Shown here: piece after piece, positions 13,901-23,999 of the stretch
How positions within the stretch are numbered: the first letter of the stretch is position 1
Layout: every line of letters starts with the position of its first letter
Origin: Phaeosaccion multiseriatum
Taxonomy: Eukaryota; Protista; Ochrophyta, other classes
Direction of reading: 5' to 3'
Length of the DNA stretch: 64,000 nucleotides
Assembly: GCA_965112735.1 (NCBI GenBank)
Contig: OZ218952.1
Coordinates: 62,001-126,000 of the forward strand
Translations under genes and position numbers: made by a program
The notes under the pieces: model-generated
The model's input: the letters and a program-made list of their open reading frames with translations, nothing else
The model's database searches: none
Told to the model about the DNA's origin: nothing

Positions 13901-16900
13901 AGACTGGAGGAGCCGCCAGTCACCGCCGCTTGCGACCGATGTTGAAGCCTCATCGATCCGCCGTGAGTGGGAGGAGATGCGTGCTATGTCGCTACCAATC
14001 TGCTGTGCTCCCACCTGCAGAGCCATCAGTGAAAGTGAGGGAGACGCGGCACAGCTCTACTCCCTCCTCCATCACCGGGAGCCCCCGCGGAGTCCTCCGA
14101 ATACGATAGTCGGCGCTCTCTTCATCACCTCCTCCAATGACGGACCAAGACGGAGGGATCTTTCACCCCCCAATCTAAAAGACTCGCCATCGCCGCAGGT
14201 CAAAGGTCGCTCAAATGGCCAATTGATCGGAATTGAAATTCATTTCGGAATCACAGATCCAAAAGACCCATAGAACCAACCCCGGTAGAAAAACCGAAAA
14301 CGCCCCAACAGGGGCACTTATGTTTTCCGCCCCAAGCTCCTAGAACATCGACTCGTAGACGCGGCCCTGCTGCATACACCGTGCCGAGACCCCTCCACTG
14401 CTATCCCAACCGTCCGCTGCGGACTTCCGCTTGACCCGGTCGACAAAACACCGAGGGCAAAACACCTCGCTGCTGTCGTCCCGCAAAACGAACAAGCCCA
14501 AGATCTCAAGCCCTGCTGCCCCAAAGAATCGACCACCGGGCACTCTGGCACGAGGATATGCCATCCCTACTACCCCAAGTAAGTCGCGCAAGCATAGCAA
14601 AACCTAGTGCCTTCTCTCGCCCATTTTCTTCGTTCGCACCGCTCAAGGGCCCCACACACCCAAAAACCCCTCATCTGACCATCTGCGGCACAGGCGGGCC
14701 CAGACACTTACTCCACAGCTGTTGTGTACGACCAAACGCCACTCCGCCGCCGCCCATTGCAGATAAGTCGCGACATGGTCGATGCCCCACTCTCTGCCGC
14801 AACCCCCCAGCGTAGTGCTCTTTCCCCACACTTAACACGTAGATGCGCACCCTAGATGTTGCTGTGTCGTCCGAGATGAAAGCGCTGTGTACTCGCAATG
14901 CTGTCTGCCAACGACCCATGCCTTCCTTGCTCGCTGCGCCCCTCCTGTTGTACGGGGCTTCTCTGTTGTGGCCACAGGTGGAACAGCCGCTTCACACGCC
15001 ACCTCGAGGCGCCAAGCACCATCAAAGCAGAGCTCACCGGTTCCTTGTCATAGCCCGAACACCTGCCCCGTATCCATGCGGCCGGCGCTGCCACACTCAC
15101 GAACTCCTTCGCCGTGGCTCCTGAGGCTCTTGCTGCTTGGCTGAGAGCCCCTTTTCACTCACTTCTGCTGCCGCCCTTCTCCCACACGCAAAACGTCTCC
15201 AAAGGCGAGGAAGAGGAAAACAAGGCCACCTCCCAGCTATCCTTTCGCCACCATGGCACTCACTCCCATACTACACACCAACTGTCCGTGCGCCCGTGCC
15301 CTCCGGCTGCAGCGACACCACTGCGCGCTGCTGCTGCCCACACAATACCTCCCCCCCTGAAAGCCCCCCCTGAGTCCACCTGCCCTGTTGCATCTCCGTC
15401 GGATACGATCGTCGATACGTGGGGCTCTCAGCTGCGGCATCTCCGTCCAATACGATACGCGGGGCTCTCATCACCATCAGGACCAGCCAAGGCGGGAGGA
15501 TCTTTCACCCCCCAACCTAAAAGAGACGCCACCGCCGCAGCGACGCCACAACCAGGCGGGCTGGGGAAGGGAGGAGACGGAGAGGCTGGGGTGGACGGAC
15601 CCCGCGAAACGAATGGAGAGGAAAGGGCGACGAGCTAACGTGGAAGCCCCGTCACCGGCGAGAGAAGAAAGAAAAAACCTTTGGCTAGACGAGAGCACCA
15701 TCTTGCTAGCGGGTCAGGCCAAGGTTCTCAAACTTCTACTAGATGCGTGTGCGTAGCGCAAGCCCTTGCGACAGTTAGCATTGGGGGCACCTCTTGTGTT
15801 TGCAACTGTTAGCATGACACAAGTAAGCACACAGCATCTTCACCCTCACAAGAGAAGCAGTCGGGCCCTACTGCGATCCTTGCTTTCCTACACCATCGGT
15901 CTCTACTCTCCTCCCTGCTTGTACACGCTCCCGCACCTGCTCTCTATCTCCTTCAATCACGGTAGGGTGGCGAGTACAGCAGGGCTCCTCCTCTTCTGAG
16001 CTCCAGCGGAAAATCCAAATCCGTTGTTTTCCATCTGCTGCCATAAATATATTCTATCCTACCAGTCGGGGTCCACACACGCGCTCACGCTCCACCTCCC
16101 CTCGGCTCTCAATACCCTGTTTCTCCGTCGACTCCACTCCGCGAGAACGGAACTTCCGTGGCTTCGCTGCTGAAGCAGCGTTCTCGCGGTCGTTGCGCTC
16201 AATCAAAACTGGGTACCCATTGAGAGGCCTCGCTCCTCCTCATCCAGTCGTCGCCAATGTTGGGGGATAAACTTTTCATTAAGAGTGCAGTCCTGAGAAG
16301 GACTCACCTCGGGGCACACAGTGTCTCCGGGGTGTCGCTTCCCTGACGGGGGCGAGCACGGGCCTTTGGGGGCAGCGGTTCCGAGGAGCCGCTCATCCCC
16401 CATTCACCCAAAGTCCCCAGGGCGCAGCCGCGTCTGCATATGTATCCTACCGCGCCCTGCCCAGCCCATCATGTATAGCCTCCTGCACGCGTACTGAAAT
16501 GCCGTGACCCAGGCCCACCTAAGACTGGAGGAGCCGCCAGTCACCGCCGCTTGCGACCGATGTTGAAGCCTCATCGATCCGCCGTGAGTGGGAGGAGATG
16601 CGTGCTATGTCGCTACCAATCTGCTGTGCTCCCACCTGCAGAGCCATCAGTGAAAGTGAGGGAGACGCGGCACAGCTCTACTCCCTCCTCCATCACCGGG
16701 AGCCCCCGCGGAGTCCTCCGAATACGATAGTCGGCGCTCTCTTCATCACCTCCTCCAATGACGGACCAAGACGGAGGGATCTTTCACCCCCCAATCTAAA
16801 AGACTCGCCATCGCCGCAGGTCAAAGGTCGCTCAAATGGCCAATTGATCGGAATTGAAATTCATTTCGGAATCACAGATCCAAAAGACCCATAGAACCAA

Positions 16901-18827
16901 CCCCGGTAGAAAAACCGAAAACGCCCCAACAGGGGCACTTATGTTTTCCGCCCCAAGCTCCTAGAACATCGACTCGTAGACGCGGCCCTGCTGCATACAC
17001 CGTGCCGAGACCCCTCCACTGCTATCCCAACCGTCCGCTGCGGACTTCCGCTTGACCCGGTCGACAAAACACCGAGGGCAAAACACCTCGCTGCTGTCGT
17101 CCCGCAAAACGAACAAGCCCAAGATCTCAAGCCCTGCTGCCCCAAAGAATCGACCACCGGGCACTCTGGCACGAGGATATGCCATCCCTACTACCCCAAG
17201 TAAGTCGCGCAAGCATAGCAAAACCTAGTGCCTTCTCTCGCCCATTTTCTTCGTTCGCACCGCTCAAGGGCCCCACACACCCAAAAACCCCTCATCTGAC
17301 CATCTGCGGCACAGGCGGGCCCAGACACTTACTCCACAGCTGTTGTGTACGACCAAACGCCACTCCGCCGCCGCCCATTGCAGATAAGTCGCGACATGGT
17401 CGATGCCCCACTCTCTGCCGCAACCCCCCAGCGTAGTGCTCTTTCCCCACACTTAACACGTAGATGCGCACCCTAGATGTTGCTGTGTCGTCCGAGATGA
17501 AAGCGCTGTGTACTCGCAATGCTGTCTGCCAACGACCCATGCCTTCCTTGCTCGCTGCGCCCCTCCTGTTGTACGGGGCTTCTCTGTTGTGGCCACAGGT
17601 GGAACAGCCGCTTCACACGCCACCTCGAGGCGCCAAGCACCATCAAAGCAGAGCTCACCGGTTCCTTGTCATAGCCCGAACACCTGCCCCGTATCCATGC
17701 GGCCGGCGCTGCCACACTCACGAACTCCTTCGCCGTGGCTCCTGAGGCTCTTGCTGCTTGGCTGAGAGCCCCTTTTCACTCACTTCTGCTGCCGCCCTTC
17801 TCCCACACGCAAAACGTCTCCAAAGGCGAGGAAGAGGAAAACAAGGCCACCTCCCAGCTATCCTTTCGCCACCATGGCACTCACTCCCATACTACACACC
17901 AACTGTCCGTGCGCCCGTGCCCTCCGGCTGCAGCGACACCACTGCGCGCTGCTGCTGCCCACACAATACCTCCCCCCCTGAAAGCCCCCCCTGAGTCCAC
18001 CTGCCCTGTTGCATCTCCGTCGGATACGATGCGTCGATACGTGGGGCTCTCAGCTGCGGTCGATACGTGGGGCTCTCAGCTGCCAATCTCCGTCCAATAC
18101 GATACGCGGGGCTCTCATCACCATCAGGACCAGCCAAGGCGGGAGGATCTTTCACCCCCCAACCTAAAAGAGACGCCACCGCCGCAGCGACGCCACAACC
18201 AGGCGGGCTGGGGAAGGGAGGAGACGGAGAGGCTGGGGTGGACGGACCCCGCGAAACGAATGGAGAGGAAAGGGCGACGAGCTAACGTGGAAGCCCCGTC
18301 ACCGGCGAGAGAAGAAAGAAAAAACCTTTGGCTAGACGAGAGCACCATCTTGCTAGCGGGTCAGGCCAAGGTTCTCAAACTTCTACTAGATGCGTGTGCG
18401 TAGCGCAAGCCCTTGCGACAGTTAGCATTGGGGGCACCTCTTGTGTTTGCAACTGTTAGCATGACACAAGTAAGCACACAGCATCTTCACCCTCACAAGA
18501 GAAGCAGTCGGGCCCTACTGCGATCCTTGCTTTCCTACACCATCGGTCTCTACTCTCCTCCCTGCTTGTACACGCTCCCGCACCTGCTCTCTATCTCCTT
18601 CAATCACGGTAGGGTGGCGAGTACAGCAGGGCTCCTCCTCTTCTGAGCTCCAGCGGAAAATCCAAATCCGTTGTTTTCCATCTGCTGCCATAAATATATT
18701 CTATCCTACCAGTCGGGGTCCACACACGCGCTCACGCTCCACCTCCCCTCGGCTCTCAATACCCTGTTTCTCCGTCGACTCCACTCCGCGAGAACGGAAC
18801 TTCCGTGGCTTCGCTGCTGAAGCAGCG
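10940..18827. repeat. Three head-to-tail copies of a ~2.62-kb unit (A-internal-B)
   Basis: Identical ORF sets recur at +2620 and +5241. Copies differ only in homopolymer lengths and a small duplication near 18030-18085. Confidence 0.97.
12090..12615 (-). pseudogene. Decayed tyrosine-recombinase-like sequence (copies at ~14710-15235 and ~17331-17856)
   Basis: Manual minus-strand translation gives LFLAFGDVLRVGE (box I-like), SKSLRSHGEG, and about 125 codons later ALRWGVAAESGASTMSRLICNGRRRSGVWSY (box II-like). It is broken by stops and frameshifts; the motif match is by eye only. Confidence 0.45.
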
Positions 18828-19031
18828 ATCTCAGTTGGGCCTGTTGTGCTGAGCCAATGCCCGGCGTGAGCATGTTGTGGCCAGCAAACGCGTCGTTCGG
18901 GCTGTGTGCGCCCCACAAATGCCGGCTTTAGGCTTTTTTGATCCCAGCACAGAGCCAGATTGGGCCATTTGAGCCCATCCAAGGCCCCACTTGGCGCTGT
19001 TGGGGCAATGCAGTATCTCAGTTGGGCCTGT
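18828..19031. repeat. Terminal ~1.1 monomer of the 187-bp satellite
   Basis: Exact satellite sequence in register with the left array; it ends at gttgggcctgt, abutting Gypsy A. Confidence 0.97.
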
Positions 19032-21199
19032 CGTGCACGGCTCAGAGGGTCAGCCCACAAGTGCTTGTCGCCAGGCAAATGCATGATCGTATAACCAAAT
19101 GCCTGTAACCGAAGTGCCTGTCGCTGCAGCCGCTCTCGCATGGGTTTGGTCAGACCCGGGTGCTGTGGGTCGTTAGACCAGAGAAAAGCCAATTGGCGAT
19201 GGTCTCAGAAAATGTGTACCTCCCTCGCCCCTACCAAAGCGTACTCATTCTGAATCACAGTTCGGTAAGTGGCATCTGCCTCTTTGTCCACAGTTGCTCG
19301 CTTGAGCTCATGCTTCCCGAAGCCGCCTGAACAGAAAGCGACAGGCTCCATGTCCATCTCGTCAAGAGGAAGACCCACGTTCTCGGGTCGACACTGTGCG
19401 ATCATGCCCCCCCAGTAGCGGTCACTGGCGTCTGCAAACACCAGTACTACCTGCTCAGGGTCCGGGTGAGCGCGCACCGTGTTCTCTGCGAGCACGCGCT
19501 TGATCCCCAAGAAAGCCGCGTCATGCTCAACCGTCCACCTCTTGTTTAGTTGAATAGTTGCAGCCACAGCCTCAGAGCGCTTGTGCTGATGCGGTTTGGC
19601 ATTAGCCTCCACCAAACACTCATTCAACAAGTCATACAGAGGCCCAACCCACTGTGCGAAATCTTTCACCCAGCGGTTAAACCACTGTATTCCACACAGG
19701 AACGTCATATCGCCCGCTGTCTCCGGCGTACCCAAGTCTGTCAGACCTTGAATTCGCTCCGGATGGTGACGAGTGCCATGTCTGTCATGCACCCTGCCCA
19801 CGAACTTCAACTCACTTCCGAAACGGAATGAGCTGACTCCCATCTTCAAGTTCTCTCGTGAAGCTTGTCCATGGTGAGTTCGGTCCTCTCGACCAACTCC
19901 TCACCCTCGATAGCCCAGTAGGCGATATTGTCAATGTACACAGCGTGAGTCTTACCGACTTCCTCGCGAAAGACCTCGCTCATGGTACCCTGCACATATG
20001 CCGCTGAGTTGAGGGCTCCCTGTGGTACTCTCGTAGGAGTCACCTTTGCGTCTGAGGTTATGTAAGTGAAATGCTCTTGGCACCACTCCTCGAGTGGAAA
20101 TTGCCAAAAGAAGTCCTTCCCATCAATCTCAATAAACCACCTAGCTCCTCGCAGTGCGAGAGAGATGGTCTCCGTGTGTGCTATGTTCAGATAACGTCAT
20201 ATTATCCTGAACCTCTAGTGTTGCGCAATACTAGAGGTTCAGGATAATATGACGTTATCTGAACATAGCACAAAAATATTTCCGAGGTTGGAGGTTCAGA
20301 TCCCTTGTGTGACCAGAAAGTTAGTCGTCCCGAGGGGAGGATAACTCGTTAGTCGTCCCGAGGGGAGGATAACGGATATGACCCCGCAACCCGGGGAAAT
20401 ATTTTTATGCTATGTTCAGATAACGTCATATTATCCTGAACCTCTAGTATTGCGCAATACTAGAGGTTCAGGATAACATGACGTTATATTATCCTGAACC
20501 TCTAGTATTGCGCAATACTAGAGGTTCAGGATAATATGACGTCATCTGAACATAGCACACGTGTCAGTCATACCGAAATCTACCTTGACTGTGTTCGCGT
20601 TAGCTGCCCGAAGGTCACACACCAGTCTGTACTTACCGGGCTTTCCCGGCTTTCCCACTGCAAAGGCTCGGTTAGAATACACGCTCTGTGGGTTACTGTA
20701 GCCAAAGCCCTTGTCTACCATTTTATTGGTAAACTCGCGCACAAAGGCCGCCTTCGGACCGGGCTGCTTGATAGGGAGCTGCGAATGTGGTTCAGAGCTC
20801 TTGAACTGCACCTTCATCGGCTCAACCTTAGCAGCACCGTCCTCCCACAGTAACTCATCCCGCCACACGTCAGGCCACTTCAGTAGTGCCCTCAGCATTG
20901 GTTCTTTCAACCGCTCGGGAAAATCATGCTCTTCTATAGCATTGTCGACGACTGACCCCAAACGTGCCTCTAGGCTCTCATGTGTGGGCGGCAGTCCGTC
21001 CTCAGGTTGCTGAATGGTATCAGCTACACCGTCATACTGTTTGATCTCTTCATTGTTAAGGTGGTAGGTTCCTACCGCTCCTACTATGGGCGTCTTGCCC
21101 GTCCCCTGCTCAACAGGAAACAAATCATCACTCTCCTTTGAGGGAGCCGACGAAAAGAGACTCATCACTCTACCTGCGCTGGAGCTATGAGGCTCTGCC
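19032..21199 (-). pseudogene. Gypsy/Ty3 element A: truncated, frameshifted pol fragment (RT-RNase H), related to element C
   Basis: ORFs 20542-21168 (GKPGKPGKYRLVCDLR), 19846-20043 (PTRVPQGALNS, YIDN), 19205-19849 (FADASDRYWG) and 18701-19192 (HLPGDKHLWADPLSR). No LTRs. Cut by the satellite on one side and by LTR B on the other. Confidence 0.92.
20177..20559. mobile_element. 383-bp mini-element with palindromic termini (TG...CA), 4-bp TSD CGTG
   Basis: The left end 20177-20272 is a 96-bp near-perfect palindrome. The right end 20406-20559 is the same palindrome with a duplicated core. Removing the element plus one CGTG restores host RT frame GMTDTETISLA. Confidence 0.9.
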
Positions 21200-21473
21200 T
21201 GTAGCCAATCCCGCTATCGCTAGCAAGTCGGAAAGTGAGCCAACATTCGAAGAGATGGGTGCAAGGTTGTAAAGTTTGGAGGCCTTGCCTCAGCTCTAGT
21301 AAAGAACCGAGTCTCCTTTAGCTTTAGGGTGGATAAGCTAAGAGTGAGGGAGCGCCACAGACTACTACTCCCGGTGGGCTGTGTGCCACCTCATTGTGCC
21401 ACGTAAGATGTCATATGGGCATGGTGACAGTTACACGTACTAAGGCAATGAATATGAGGCTGTAGGGGCAACA
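21200..21473 (-). repeat. 3' LTR of element B (274 bp)
   Basis: tgtagcc...ggggcaaca, homologous to 47465-47931; polypurine tract on the minus strand immediately internal. Confidence 0.92.
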
Positions 21474-21601
21474 CTTCCCCCTTGAGAGAGAAGCTCGACT
21501 AACGAGAGCGTGACTAAACTAAATGCTAAAAGAGAAGATGAGAGAGAGAGAACATGTTCATATGAATAAAAGTAACCAAAAAGGTTTCCCGAAGGGTTTC
21601 C

Positions 21602-23999
21602 TTATCGGCGGCCTGCTCGCGGGCGTCGGCGTGACGAGGGGCCGCGAGACCGAAGCAAGCGCTTAGCATCCTCCGCCAAAGAGCGACGAGGGAAAGAGGA
21701 GAGGAATTGCTCTAAAAGAGCAGGAACGTCATCATTCATGACTGTCAAAGGTTCCCAAGTATCGTCGGTGGCATTGAAGCCCTTCCAGGAGGTGTGAACC
21801 TGCCAGGGAGCGCCTTGAGAGGGACGTTGTAGGTCCTTGAAGGCGGAGACGACCCAGGAGGCTGAGTCGTGTGATATCTGCTTAAGTAGCTCAGTACTGA
21901 CATTGAGATGCTGGTCAGCGTAGTAGCACAGGCGACAAGCGTGCACTTCAGAGGTTTGCTTCGAGACAAGGTGTTGCACTTTGTAGACCAGAGTGTCAAT
22001 CTCCTCCAGCACTTTATAAGGGCCTTGCCACACTCCAGAGAGCTTGGAGTAGCGGCTGTTGGAAGCGACAAGGACATAGATGCCCGGCATGTAGAGGCCT
22101 TCGTAGTTGAGGGCAGCCGAGAGAGCCAGCTCCTTGCGGTGTTGATGTCCAAGACGAGTAGTGTCCAGACGACGATTGTGACGGTCGCGAGCCGTCGCCC
22201 GCGAGCGCTCAAGTTGAGCAGCAACCCGTTCGTGTCTCTCTTCAAGAACCGCTTGCAGCTGAGCACCATAGTGGTTGAGCTGTTCAAGAGTTGGCGGCGA
22301 AGATTGGAAGTCAACATCGAAGCTGTCGCCCTGTTGCAAGACGATATCAAGTGGAGTCGTCGAACGTAGGCCAGTGTGCAGAAAGAGTGGAGTCTCTTTG
22401 CGGGTCGAGCTGATCGTGGTGTTGATGGCAGCTTGGACCAGAGGTGTGATCAGATTGTAGTCGTCCGCGTCAATGCGAAACTCAGAGAGGAGAGAGCGGT
22501 AGACTGAAACGACAGTGCGTACAGCTCGTTCAGCGAGACCATTACTCCAAGCAGAGTATGGAGCCGAGAAGCGATGTTTGGCGCGAAGCTCAGTCGCTAG
22601 GCGCTTCATCACATGGTTGAGGAAGTGACTGCCTCGATCACTCTGCCACTTGCTCACTACTCCAAATGTGCTGAACCAGCGCATCAATCCACCAACAGCT
22701 GCGTCTGCAGTGGTGGAAGCGCATTCGTTGAGCATGGTGTAACCACTGAAGGCATCTTGGATGCCCAACAGGTATGGCAAGGAAGTGCAGCCCAAGTCAT
22801 GCATGTGGACGAAGTCGAAATGAATCATCTGATTGGGCTTGGTAGGGTGGACCGCACCGCGAAGAGGGCGAGGTATACGATGCCCATGGGAGTTGGTGAG
22901 GCAATGGAGGCAGAGGTCAACAAAGCGAGTCAGGTCGGCACCAATGGTGTGCCAGTGGAATCGTTCCGAGAGAACGGAGAGAGTGGTGTCGGCAGCGCGA
23001 TGCCCTGCCGATCCTTGATGTGCAATGACAGAGAGTCGGACTTGTAGGTCAATGTCGTCATTGGGTATCCACAGAGGACGTGAAGACGCCGATTGAGGTA
23101 CCACAATGGCGTCGAGGTTAGCATCATGCTCCAGAGAAGCAAGGTGCTGCTGAGCTGCAAGCGCTTCGAGAGTGAGCGTGCCTTGGGCAGCCGCTTGAGA
23201 AGAGCGAATCTCCGCGAGAGAGGGCCACTCAAAGTCACTGTCCATGGAGTCGTGCACTGATCCTGGAGAGAAGGTGCGTTGGAGGGCACTCACGCGTACA
23301 GTGTGGTCTTCCGGAGGATCAAGAGGCTTTGTAGCAGAGCCTGGGACTGAGCGGAAGCGAGAGGTCATGTCACCCCACACGTTCAGCTCGCCACTAAGGT
23401 GGGCGATTTCATAATCAAAGCCCGAGAGGAACACAGACCAGCGTTGCAATCGCTCGCGTGCTGGCTTGTGTACGTCACTGATGATGCTACTGGGCCTGAA
23501 GCAGTATTGCAAATTGCGGTGATCAGTGTAGATGAAGAGGTGCACACCAGACATCAGCCAAGGCAGGCGTTCAAAGGACTGGAGGATAGCAAAGGCTTCC
23601 TTGTCAATGGTGGCGTAGTTGAGCTGAGCTCCGGCAAAGCTACCGCTGAGGAAGGCAAGAGGCTCATGGCGCTGTTCGGCGATGGGCTTGCTGAGGTCCT
23701 CAATGGGCACTTGCGTCACCACATTCCCCCAATGGAGATCACTGGCATCAGGAAAGACACAGCGAGCCTTGTCAGGGTCAGGATGAGCAAGCTTGACTTG
23801 ATCTGCCAGAGCGTCTTTCAGAGCTTGAAAGGCTTTGGAGTGCTCAGGGCCCCACCCCACCGAAGAGAGGGAGACGGAGCGAGCGACACGCTTGGTGCGA
23901 GGAGTAGGAGCGGCAGTGGCGTCAGGGTGACGTCTCTGCTTGCGGTTGCCAGCTGCGGAGAAGACGGTTTGGTTGAGCTCTTGCAGAGGAGCGACGAGC
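21602..23999 (-). pseudogene. Element B pol: RNase H, integrase and chromodomain
   Basis: FPDASDLHWG, YTDHRNL, zinc-binding H..H..CLHC, HFDF / SDRGSHF / NGLAER (DDE), and C-terminal WQVHTSWKGFNATDDTWEP. Confidence 0.93.

Larger units (their letters stand above)
10144..18827 (-). mobile_element. Non-autonomous split-direct-repeat element (DIRS order, TOC1/PAT/Ngaro-like architecture), internally amplified three times, inserted in the satellite without TSD
   Basis: Satellite ...caatgcagt| resumes exactly as |atctcagttggg at 18828. Repeat A (221 bp) is at 10144, 10940, 13560 and 16181. Repeat B (about 513 bp) is at about 10427, 13045, 15668 and 18315. There is a unique spacer of about 62 bp at 10365-10426. 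Internal B|A junctions (gcagcg|ttctcgc) reproduce the joined element ends. Confidence 0.75.
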
